Assembly (NCBI GenBank): GCA_963769935.1 | Contig: CAVYNY010000020.1 | Location: 320,001-384,000, forward strand | Origin: an uncultured delta proteobacterium | GTDB taxonomy: Bacteria; Desulfobacterota; Desulfobacteria; Desulfobacterales; JAFDCJ01 | Direction of reading: 5' to 3' | Length of the DNA stretch: 64,000 bases | Part shown: piece after piece, positions 38,861 to 47,840 of the stretch | Numbering within the stretch: the stretch's first letter is position 1 | Layout: each line of letters starts with the position of its first letter | The notes under the pieces: model-generated | What the model was told of the DNA's origin: nothing | Seen by the model: only the letters and a program-made list of their open reading frames with translations | Databases searched by the model: none | Program-made: the position numbers and the translations under genes

Positions 38861-40081
38861 ATGCCACAAGACTGGATGTCCCGATTTTCGGAAAACATCA
38901 AAAACTATGAAGGGTATTCCATCGGAAAATTATTTAAACTGCTCAACGATCCGGAAATGATTTCTCTGGCCGGCGGGCTGCCGTCGCCGGATACATTTTT
39001 AAAGCATGATTTGCAGCGGGTTTCACAAAAAAGGCTGCAGGAAGATGCCGATACGATCATGCAGTATACGGACATCTCCGGTGAGACGAATTTGATCGAG
39101 GCCGTGATTCAATTCTTGAAAGCAGATCATATCGACATTGCCCAGGAAAATATTGTCATAACCTCCTCCGGGCAGCAGGGGTTGGATCTGACCGGTCGGC
39201 TTTTTTTAAATTCCGGTGATGCCGTCATCCTCGATCGGCCGACCTTTGCCGGTGCGATCGTTGCGTTTCAGATGCAGCGTCCCGTATTTGCAGGCGTTGA
39301 TATTGAAGCTGACGGTTCGGATATAGAAGGTTTTCGCAAAAAAATTGAAATGCTGGGCCGGCAGGACATCCCGCTGAAGTTCATCTATGTCGTGCCGGAT
39401 TTCCAGAACCCTTCCGGAATTTCGATGAATATCGAAAAGCGCCGGGCGCTGCTGGATTTGAGCTACGAATATGATATCCCGATCATCGAGGACAGTCCTT
39501 ATCGCTTGCTGCGCTATTACGGCGATAATCTTCCCTCGATTTTTGAAATGGATCAAAATCGAGACGGCGGCCATGTCATCGGAGTGTACACATTCTCGAA
39601 GATGTTCTGCCCGGGAATGCGGGTCGGTTTCAACATCGGGCCGCCGGATGTCATCGGGAAAATGACGAATATTAAAGAAGGAAGTACCTTAAACACTCCC
39701 AAGTATAACCAGGATATGTGCACGGCATTTTTGCGGGAAATGAATTGGAGAGGGCATTTGGAAAATTGCCGGGCCTATTACCGGGAAAAGCTGGCCCTGT
39801 TCCTGAACACCCTGCAGGCCTATTTCCCGGATGATATGGGCGTTACCTGGACCAGACCGGAAGGCGGCCTCTTCTTATGGGCGACGGTTCCTGAAAAAAT
39901 CGATACCCTCAAGCTATTCTATGAAGCCGTTAAGTTCAAAGTGGCTTTTGTGCCGGGTGAGGTTTTCTATGGTGAAAACCCGGCAAAAAATCATATGCGA
40001 ATCAACTTTTCCTTTCCCTCAAAAAATCACCTTGTCGAAGCAGTCAAACGATTGTCTGATTGCTTAAAAAAGTACGTATAG
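38861..40081 (+). CDS. PLP-dependent aminotransferase class I/II (LysN/2-aminoadipate-type)
   Basis: ISLAGGLP, PDFQNPSG, EDSPY, TFSKMFCPGMRVG, PEGGLFLW. Confidence 0.9.
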   Translation: MPQDWMSRFSENIKNYEGYSIGKLFKLLNDPEMISLAGGLPSPDTFLKHDLQRVSQKRLQEDADTIMQYTDISGETNLIEAVIQFLKADHIDIAQENIVITSSGQQGLDLTGRLFLNSGDAVILDRPTFAGAIVAFQMQRPVFAGVDIEADGSDIEGFRKKIEMLGRQDIPLKFIYVVPDFQNPSGISMNIEKRRALLDLSYEYDIPIIEDSPYRLLRYYGDNLPSIFEMDQNRDGGHVIGVYTFSKMFCPGMRVGFNIGPPDVIGKMTNIKEGSTLNTPKYNQDMCTAFLREMNWRGHLENCRAYYREKLALFLNTLQAYFPDDMGVTWTRPEGGLFLWATVPEKIDTLKLFYEAVKFKVAFVPGEVFYGENPAKNHMRINFSFPSKNHLVEAVKRLSDCLKKYV

Positions 40082-40373
40082 ATTTCTACAGCAACTTTCC
40101 AACTGCCACAATCATCAGCGGAAGCCCGGATATGAAAGTTGCGAAAACATCAGCTTTAGAAACGGATCGCCGGCGGCGGTAATTGAGGCCAACCCCTGAC
40201 TCCCAACCGGCTTTCACTCAATTGGGGTATTACTTGCCTGTTCCGAAAGCCTCAAACCCTCTGGCCCATAGATTCCCGCCGATGGCCGCTGCCGTCAGCA
40301 GCTTCCAGAAGCGATTATCCATTTTTTGCTGTTGTTTGACTGCTTCCTGATGCCTCGGCGCCGTTGCCCGGCC

Positions 40374-40811
40374 TTACCTTGTAGTTAACCAGACGCCCAG
40401 AACAAGGGTGCCGATTCCCAGCAGACGGCTTAAATCCAAAGGCCGCGTGGCGGCCCCCAGGAGACCAAAGTGATCCAGCAGAGCGGCCACGACTAGCTGC
40501 GCGGCAATGATGATGGTGAAAGCTCTGGTTAGACCCAGTCGCGGTACGGTATAGCCGATGGTTCCCACGATCACCAAACCGACAACGCCGGCCATCAAGG
40601 CATACCAGGGGACCGAATGCCAGGCTTTCAGGTTTCCGCCGCGCGTCGCCAGCATCAAAAAGCCGATCAGTATCCCACCGCCGGCATAGGTGATGAATAC
40701 ACTTTCCTTGGTGCCGATGGCCTTGTCCATCAATCCCATAAACTGGCCCTGCAGCGTGATGGCCGCACCCCCGACCGCGGCAATGATGATCAGCGAAATC
40801 ATCGTGTTCAT
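40374..40811 (-). CDS. DMT-family transporter (YdcZ/DUF606)
   Basis: LQG, VPWYALMAG, PRLG, QLVVAALLDHFGL. Confidence 0.85.
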   Translation of the reverse strand: MNTMISLIIIAAVGGAAITLQGQFMGLMDKAIGTKESVFITYAGGGILIGFLMLATRGGNLKAWHSVPWYALMAGVVGLVIVGTIGYTVPRLGLTRAFTIIIAAQLVVAALLDHFGLLGAATRPLDLSRLLGIGTLVLGVWLTTR

Positions 40812-41244
40812 CTTGATCTCCTTAGCTGTGCTATAGCCGGTTTTTGGCATATTATACCCGAAAAGGCAAAAATAGCAGCTAGCTTACTGGAAACAACGTG
40901 AATTAGATATAAAGTTTTTTTTAAAAAAACCGATATTCAAATTGGACGAAAAAAGGGAAACCAAAGCAAAAATCGAAAGCCGGATTTATACGGAAGTTGA
41001 CAAAATGGACCCAAATTAATTCTCGGAGCATTTAGGGCCCACGATAATCGAAGCTGTTGAGCGGTGTCAGCTTACCGGGAGATCAGGGTTAGCGGAGAAT
41101 CAAGGGAGCTTCAAGTCAACACTCTTGACGGGGTAAGTAGAAAAAGTCAAGAGTGTAGACTTGATCAGTTTGTTTTGCCGCTGCCCTCTGGCGGCCCGGT
41201 TATTTTTTTTATCAGTGCTTCTGTTCGGCCTGTCAGGCGTTCCT

Positions 41245-41387
41245 TTGATACTGCGGAAAAACAGAATCTGGAAGGTGGTCAATCGGCCGGACAACTGACG
41301 GCCGCCGATGGCCATGAGCATAAAAGATACCAGGGTTCCGGACATCCACAAAGCTGCAATGACGGCATGACTTCGAGCAGCTTTCAT
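41245..41387 (-). pseudogene. N-terminal fragment of an EamA/DMT transporter
   Basis: AALWMSGTLVSFMLMAIGGRQL...QILFFRSI, then similarity is lost. Confidence 0.65.
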
Positions 41388-41634
41388 AAGTTTCAGGTTT
41401 CAGGTTGCATGGGTCATCGCCTGCACAACCCTTCGCAACATATTCTCGTATAAAGCCCACAGATCGATTTTCCTGATAGGAATGCCTCTATTTCACCTGT
41501 ATTAGGTGTTCAGTGCCTGTATCTGACAACATGCTGGATCGAGTCAACATATTTATTTACTTTTTTACCTCCCTGGCCTATATTGATGGCAATATCAAGC
41601 GACACAGCAGGAAATTCGAAGACAGCCTACAGGT

Positions 41635-42370
41635 ATGATCAAGCGTGCTCTGACAGGAATCGGTTTGCTCGTCTGTATCTGGCTCTTAGCCGGATGTGCC
41701 GAGGTAGTGGTTCCCGGAACGCTTGCCGGAGGGGGAGAGGTTTATCGATATACGACAGACAATGTCGCTAAAAGGACATTCGTGAGTAATGTCAGCCAGG
41801 TCACGGCGGCCGCTCGCGGGGCGCTGAAAAAAATGAATATTCAATATCTTTCGACTAAGCCCCGGGGTTTCCGAAACCGAAATGAGCGCTTCAACCGATG
41901 AGCTGGATATTACGATAACCCTGACACCGATTACCACCACCGCCACCAAGGTCTATGTGAATGCGGTAAAAGACCGCGTGTTCAAGGACAAAGCCACAGC
42001 GGCTGAAATTCTATACCAGATCTCTCTGGAGTTGGACCACGGTTCCGCACCGGACACCGCCCTCCCCAAGGTTTTCGCCAAGAATGACTGCCTGCGCGCC
42101 ATCGATATCGTCGTGTACTATCTGGACGGTAATAATGGACCCGAATCCTGGGAAACCCGCGGCTGGTTCAGCATAGAGCCGGGCCAAAAAAAACACGTTG
42201 CCGATACCCTCAACCGATATATTTATTTTTACGGCGAGATGCACTCTGTGAGAAAAAGGATCTGGACCGGAGATTATCCGCAATGGTTTGAAGGAAAGAC
42301 CTATAACTTTTTCAAGGTGGACATGGGAACGCGTCTGGTGGATTACACACAGGCGTTCGGCTGCGAATAG
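41635..42370 (+). pseudogene. Frameshifted lipoprotein (DUF3568-like plus DUF1036-like domain)
   Basis: LAGC lipobox; ORFs 41635-41901 and 41882-42370 join if one base near 41857 is removed. Confidence 0.6.
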
Positions 42371-42524
42371 GTTTGTTTCCCACTAATAAATTAGAGGAGT
42401 CGAACTTGAGGCACAAATTATAGTTGAGTTTTCGAATAAAACTTTCCAAGCACCAGATAACAAACAATATCCGAATCCCAAGCTCCCATAATCCAAACCG
42501 GTTTTGCAAATCGGATATAGGCCA

Positions 42525-43319
42525 CTAACTTACAGCCGCACCCTCAATCATGACGGTGAGCATCGAGACCGAACCGCCGTCGAAACCTTCGACCGGGAAC
42601 CTGACTTGGTCCCCACCTTTCCTGAGAGCAATAATATAGAGCAGCGGCAGATAGTGGTCCGGTGTGGGGGCGCTCAGCATGGCATCCTGACCCAGGCTCT
42701 CGTAGTTGATAAGCGGCGCATCTTCCTCTGAGAGCAGCAGTTCTCGTGCCTTTTTTTCGAACCGAATCGCCCAATCCAGCGGCCGGACGCCGCTTCGGCC
42801 CCAGGCGTAGGCATGCAGGTTGTGCACCAGGTTGCCGCTGCCGACAATCAGCACCCCTTCCTCCCGTAGAGGCGACAGGCGTTTTCCAAGCAGAAAGTGA
42901 AAATCGGCCGGCTGTGTCTTATCGATGCTGAGCTGCACCACCGGAATGTCGGCTCCGGGAAAGACATGGCACAACACGGACCAGGTTCCGTGATCCAGGC
43001 CCCAGCGTTCGTCGGGCTGCACATTAAGCGGAGAAAGCAATTTTTGGATATGCAGCGCCAGGTCCGGATCACCGGCGGCAGGATATTGAACCCGGTAAAG
43101 CTCCGGCGGAAAACCGCCGAAATCATGGATCGTTTGCGGGGCGGGCATTGCAGTGACCCTGGTGGCCGCTATATACCAGTGGGCGGAAATAGAAAGCACG
43201 GCTTTGGGTCGCGGCAGACCGGCACCGATGGCAGCCCACCCCCGCGAATATTCATTGTCGAGCAGCGCGTTCATCGGATTGCCGTGTCCGAAAAATATGA
43301 TCGGCATAAGTTTTGCCAT
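42525..43319 (-). CDS. ygiD: 4,5-DOPA extradiol dioxygenase (LigB family)
   Basis: FFGHGNPMNAL, ISAHW, GLDHGTW, GSGNLVHNL, PTPDHYLPL. Confidence 0.92.
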   Translation of the reverse strand: MAKLMPIIFFGHGNPMNALLDNEYSRGWAAIGAGLPRPKAVLSISAHWYIAATRVTAMPAPQTIHDFGGFPPELYRVQYPAAGDPDLALHIQKLLSPLNVQPDERWGLDHGTWSVLCHVFPGADIPVVQLSIDKTQPADFHFLLGKRLSPLREEGVLIVGSGNLVHNLHAYAWGRSGVRPLDWAIRFEKKARELLLSEEDAPLINYESLGQDAMLSAPTPDHYLPLLYIIALRKGGDQVRFPVEGFDGGSVSMLTVMIEGAAVS

Positions 43320-44070
43320 AATTTTGCTCCCCTATTCCGGAACGGTCAGGCGCTTTTAGATTCACCCAATTAGCCGAAACCCGCTGAATCAGTTCCGGCC
43401 AGATTTCGGAGGATTTGCGGTCGAAAAGGGTTTCGTCATCGGCTTCCAAAACGTGCCAGCCTCCACTATCGCACTCAAATTCAAGCTGTTGGGCAGCCCA
43501 ACCGGCATAGCCCGCGAAAATCCGAAACCTGTCGCTTTTGCCCGGCTTTTTGATTAAGCGCTGCAGCACGCTCTGGCTCGTGCTGAGGTAGACATCTCCA
43601 AACACCGGGGTGGAATCTTCCGGCGCGCTTTCCGATTTTGCGAGAAGCAGTATTCCGCCGGGTTCAACCGGACCACCCAGGAACAGCGTTTCATCACTGC
43701 GGTCCAATTCCTTGATATTCGGAAATACTGCCGAAAGCTTTAGCTGCAGCGGCCGATTAATCACCAGCCCCATGGCACCGTCAGGTCCGTAGCGGAGGAG
43801 AAGCACAACCGTTTCACGGAAATTCGGGTCAATCAGCTGGCGGTCAGCCACCAGAAACTTTCCCTGCGCCAATTCCTTCTCAGCCTTCTGGCCGCCGGGA
43901 GCCGGCAAAGCAAAAAGCCTCATTGGATGTCCGTAAATTTTCCGGACGAGGGTTGCTGAAACCATAGATGAACTCACCAAAAGCAGGATCGGCAAAACCA
44001 GGATAATCGCAGGCCAAGAATTTAAGAAACGTAAAGGTCCCGGCGGGTTTTTTTGTACGGCAGCATTCAG
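43252..44070 (-). CDS. YqgE/AlgH-family protein with N-terminal hydrophobic segment
   Basis: DPNFRETV, GLVINRP, GGPV, GYAGW..QLE; probable CTG start at 44070 (track start 43995); 3' end overlaps ygiD. Confidence 0.8.
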   Translation of the reverse strand: MNAAVQKNPPGPLRFLNSWPAIILVLPILLLVSSSMVSATLVRKIYGHPMRLFALPAPGGQKAEKELAQGKFLVADRQLIDPNFRETVVLLLRYGPDGAMGLVINRPLQLKLSAVFPNIKELDRSDETLFLGGPVEPGGILLLAKSESAPEDSTPVFGDVYLSTSQSVLQRLIKKPGKSDRFRIFAGYAGWAAQQLEFECDSGGWHVLEADDETLFDRKSSEIWPELIQRVSANWVNLKAPDRSGIGEQNYGKTYADHIFRTRQSDERAARQ

Positions 44071-44137
44071 TCAGACCACCTCCCTATTTATTTGCCCGGC
44101 AACAAGACTCGTCATTTCGCGCCAAAGAAATCGGAAT

Positions 44138-44184
44138 CGGGCGCCTCAACGCCTAAAATTGTGAACCTATTTTTTCGTGAGCCC
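44138..44184 (+). mobile_element. Right end of the 156-bp MITE
   Basis: CGGGCGCCTCAACGCCTAAAATTGTGAACCTATTTTTTCGTGAGCCC followed by TAA. Confidence 0.8.
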
Positions 44185-44335
44185 TAAGAATAAATTGGGG
44201 ATGACTTTTTAAATATCAAGGTCCGGCATAAATTTTTGTCGGGCGAGCGGAAATTGGCGGTTTCTTAGCCGTTTACTAATGCGGCCATAATTTACCGGGA
44301 AGATTTTAACAAATTGCCGTTTGAATTTGTTCGGT

Positions 44336-46558
44336 CTACACGGACAAAAGCTTTTTAACCTGTCCGGCAACCTTGACCACGGCCACCGAGCATTCCGAGC
44401 GTCCGACTATCTGGGATGAGAAGGAGCCCACGGCCACCCGCTCCAGCAGGCCGACCTTGGTGGTTCCCACGATGAGCAGATCAAATTCAGTGGAGCGCTT
44501 CACCAAATACTCCAGGGGTTGGTCGGAACTGGCCAGTTCGATGCGATACAGGGCCCGGGCTGCATGCCGTTGGATAGCTTCGGTCAGAATCCTGCCGGAG
44601 TGGAATTTTTGGTCGCCGGTATAATTGACCGGTAGGACATTCAGAAAGGTGATTTCCCCGCCGTAGCGGTCGGCCACGGCACCGGCCAGCCGGACGATCA
44701 GGTTGAGATTCAGGCTGCTTCCCAGTGAGACCGCGATACGCTTGGGCGCAAACTCGCCTCGGAGCTTTAAAAGAATGGTGTCGGTGCGTGCGTGGCTGAG
44801 AACCTCTTCGATAAGCTGGAGGGATCGGGGCGCTTCCGTGCCCGCATAGCCCATGACAATCAGGTTGCAGCCCTCCTCTTCAGCCGCATGTACAATCCCC
44901 TTGGCCAGGTTGCGGGAAACGCGTACTACCGGTTTGAGCCGGACGCGGTCGAGTTTGGGCAGGTTGGTGCTGCGATCCAGTATTTGAAGGGAGTCCTCGG
45001 CGCTGCCCAGGGCCGAGTAGAAATCCATTTGATTCGGGGTTTCGACCACGGTCAGCACCACGATTTCTCCCCCATGATCGGTCAGGAGCGCATCGGACAT
45101 GCCGAAAAGGGCCGATTGGGTCTGTGGATTGGCCATGGGAACCAGGATTCTCGAACCACCGTGAAACATCGAACTTTGTTCCTGGGTGAGCACTACACTC
45201 ATGCCGGTCCGGGATCGGATTTCTCGTCTGCGGGAGTAGAACAGGTAGATGAAACAACCGATCGCGGTCAGCTGCAATCCGAAGAGAATGGAAACCCAGT
45301 CGATGGTCAAAAGCAGGCCCAGGTTGGCGATAAATGCCAGCTCGGGAATATAGCGTCTGATCCGGCCGGCGGGTGCCGCAGTTTCGGACTTGCGATAGAG
45401 TTGGCGCAGGGCCAGGGAGATCGGCAGCAGAGAGGCCAAAAAGCAAAAATTGGCGGATTTGACGATGAATGTCAGATCGGCCGATATCAGGGCGGCGGCG
45501 GTGAGGATCGCTCCGGCCCACAGGGCGGCCGTCGGCGTCCGGTAGGTTGCATGGATCCTGCCGACGATGTCGGGTAAAAACCGGTCTTTGCCCATGGCAA
45601 AGATTTGCCTGGCCTGGGCCATCAGGGTGCTGTTCAAGGCGGCGGCGGATGCCAGAACCCCACCCAGAACAACCAGCAGCCACCCGGTACGGCCGAGGCC
45701 GGTCACCGCGACGTCAACCAGCGGTGCTTTCGATCTGGCCAGTGTTTCCCACGGCACCACCATGACGGAAACCAGGGCCACCGCGATATAGAATATGAGG
45801 CTGATGATCATTGCCAACATCATCGCCCTGGCAACCGTTCGGGTGGGATCGACGATTTCCTCGGCGTTGTTGGCAATCAGTTGATAGCCGAAAAAGGAGA
45901 CGTAGATGATGGCGATTGCCCCGCCCACGCCCCCGATGCCTCTGGGGAACATGGGTTTGAGATGCCCGGGGTCGGCGCTGGGCAGTGAGAAAATAATCAG
46001 AATCAAAAGTACCGCCAGGTTGCCCCAGGTGAAGATCTTTTGCAGTCGATCCCCCTTTTTGGTACCCCCGCAGTTGGACAGGGTCAGCACGGCGATGATT
46101 GCCACGGCGATACCTTTTAAAACAGCATTCGGAACAGCGCTGCCGGCAATAGAAGCCAGGTAATACGCAAAACCGGTGGCATATATGGCACAGGCGAAGA
46201 TGCTGCCTAGGGCCAGCAGCCAGCCGGTGATAAAGCCCCAAAAACTGCCGATGGCGTTGTAGGCATAGGCATAGCCGCCGCCGGTTACAGGCACCCTGCG
46301 GGAAAGCTCTCCGAACATGAGAACGGACAGAATGCTGAGCAGCCCGCAAATCAGGTAAGAAAGCCAGGCCCCCGGCCCGACTTCACCGGCAGCAAGTCCG
46401 ATAAGGACGTATATGCCGGCCCCCATAAGAGCGCCGACTCCCAGCGTGGTGGCCCCGAGCAGGCCCATGGTGCGTTCGAAACGCACGGGTACGATCTTGC
46501 GTTTGAATATTTCGTGAAGGTTTTCCGGCACCGGTTTTCTCCCTGGCAATATGCTCAA
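44336..46558 (-). CDS. APC-family amino acid permease with C-terminal tandem universal-stress domains
   Basis: GALMGAGIY, GGGYAY, AEEIVDP; RILVPMANP, LIVMG and LLIVG Usp motifs. Confidence 0.88.
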   Translation of the reverse strand: MSILPGRKPVPENLHEIFKRKIVPVRFERTMGLLGATTLGVGALMGAGIYVLIGLAAGEVGPGAWLSYLICGLLSILSVLMFGELSRRVPVTGGGYAYAYNAIGSFWGFITGWLLALGSIFACAIYATGFAYYLASIAGSAVPNAVLKGIAVAIIAVLTLSNCGGTKKGDRLQKIFTWGNLAVLLILIIFSLPSADPGHLKPMFPRGIGGVGGAIAIIYVSFFGYQLIANNAEEIVDPTRTVARAMMLAMIISLIFYIAVALVSVMVVPWETLARSKAPLVDVAVTGLGRTGWLLVVLGGVLASAAALNSTLMAQARQIFAMGKDRFLPDIVGRIHATYRTPTAALWAGAILTAAALISADLTFIVKSANFCFLASLLPISLALRQLYRKSETAAPAGRIRRYIPELAFIANLGLLLTIDWVSILFGLQLTAIGCFIYLFYSRRREIRSRTGMSVVLTQEQSSMFHGGSRILVPMANPQTQSALFGMSDALLTDHGGEIVVLTVVETPNQMDFYSALGSAEDSLQILDRSTNLPKLDRVRLKPVVRVSRNLAKGIVHAAEEEGCNLIVMGYAGTEAPRSLQLIEEVLSHARTDTILLKLRGEFAPKRIAVSLGSSLNLNLIVRLAGAVADRYGGEITFLNVLPVNYTGDQKFHSGRILTEAIQRHAARALYRIELASSDQPLEYLVKRSTEFDLLIVGTTKVGLLERVAVGSFSSQIVGRSECSVAVVKVAGQVKKLLSV

Positions 46559-46981
46559 TATACCACGGCCGGGCGCGCAGCAACAGTGAAATTATTTCAC
46601 CCGCGGCAGGTTATATTTTCTATTTAAAGATATTTTATCCCCGGCGATTCAGCGTGCAAGAAGCCTTTTACGCCAGTCTGGTTGAGTTGGTCAAAGTCGT
46701 CATCATCATCATCATCGGTCTGCCGTTCATCCTGGTTGCGGCCGGCGGGATTTGGCTGCTGTGCGGTTTGAAGAAAGATGGAAGGTAGGATTTATACCAT
46801 TGCAAGATTGCCCATGCCCGGTCAAGGGCCTTACGGAGGTCTCCCAAATCTGCGCATAGGCACCAACTTAATTATTGTCTTTTTTAAGTCGAGGCCTATG
46901 CGCTCTGCGGGAGGCGCGCTTACGTTGTCGCTCCCTATTGATTCAGTCAATAAGGGAAGACTCAGTTATCTGCGTTATCTC

Positions 46982-47320
46982 TTACTCCTTTTTCATGGGC
47001 GCCTTTTCTTTCATCATCGTTTCGCCATCTTTTTTCATGGACGTGTCTTTTTCCATCATCGTATCGCCTTCCTTTTTCATGGGCGCCTCTTCCTTCATCA
47101 TCGTTTCACCCTCCTTTTTCATGGGCGCCTCTTCCTTCATCATCGTATCGCCTTCCTTTTTCATGGGCGCTGCTTCTTTCGTCATCGTCTTGCCTTCACT
47201 CTGTATCGCGCCCTCCGATTTCATTGTCTTTTGCGCTGCCTGAAGATGCGTATTACCGATTGAGAGCATCAAAAAGCAGGCGAATCCAGCCAGCAACATC
47301 GATAAGCATATCTTTTTCAT
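46982..47320 (-). CDS. Secreted Met/Lys-rich repeat protein (MXKDX-like)
   Basis: Signal peptide then ~5 copies of 14-aa MMKEEAPMKKEGDT (42-bp DNA repeat). Confidence 0.8.
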   Translation of the reverse strand: MKKICLSMLLAGFACFLMLSIGNTHLQAAQKTMKSEGAIQSEGKTMTKEAAPMKKEGDTMMKEEAPMKKEGETMMKEEAPMKKEGDTMMEKDTSMKKDGETMMKEKAPMKKE

Positions 47321-47512
47321 GATTTTATCTCCTTTCCATTTCCAAATAAATGACCGATATTTTATCGCGCCTCAGCATGACAATAGTTAGATAATGTCAC
47401 GAAACTATCACGGGAATTTCATATTTTCATAACAAATGAATTTCCAGCGGGGAGCTATCGCAGAAATGATTGACTCCGGCTCTAGATATAGCGCGTCAAT
47501 TAGAAGTGCTTA

Positions 47513-47668
47513 GGGCTCACTCAAAAATAACTTCACATTTTATACGCCGCTGCATCCCACCTGGCTGCGTTGCGAAAGCTCGGAATATCCAGATATTCCT
47601 GCGTTTTCGCGCCTTGCCAGCCGGGCGCCGCAACGCCTAAAATTGTGAACTAATTTTTTCGTGAACCC
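47513..47668 (+). mobile_element. Complete 156-bp MITE with imperfect TIRs and TTA duplication
   Basis: TTA-GGGCTCACTCAAAAATAACTTCACA...TGTGAACTAATTTTTTCGTGAACCC-TTA; partial copies at 37624 and 44138. Confidence 0.85.
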
Positions 47669-47689
47669 TTAGAAAAAAAGGAATCCGGC

Positions 47690-47775
47690 CGGGGGGTGAA
47701 CCGGGGAGATGTGATCGGGTATGTCGGCAGCACCGGATTGGTTTCCGGCGCGCAGCTCGAATTGACGGCGGCCGT
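47690..47775 (+). pseudogene. C-terminal remnant of an M23-family peptidase
   Basis: VNRGDVIGYVGSTGLVSGAQL resembles VxxGdvIGyvGxTGxstGpHL; starts just after the MITE. Confidence 0.5.
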
Positions 47776-47840
47776 TTACTCGGAAAGTTTCAATAAAATA
47801 CCAAAGAATACCATCCAGCCTGAAATCGTCGGAAGATCGC

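Noticed and set aside
40225..40370. Possible short minus-strand coding remnant after the DMT gene
   Set aside because: No recognisable homology or clear start
46586..46600. GTGAA-ATTAT-TTCAC palindrome resembling a Rex box
   Set aside because: Spacer is 5 nt rather than 4 and the outer TT/AA bases are missing; single instance
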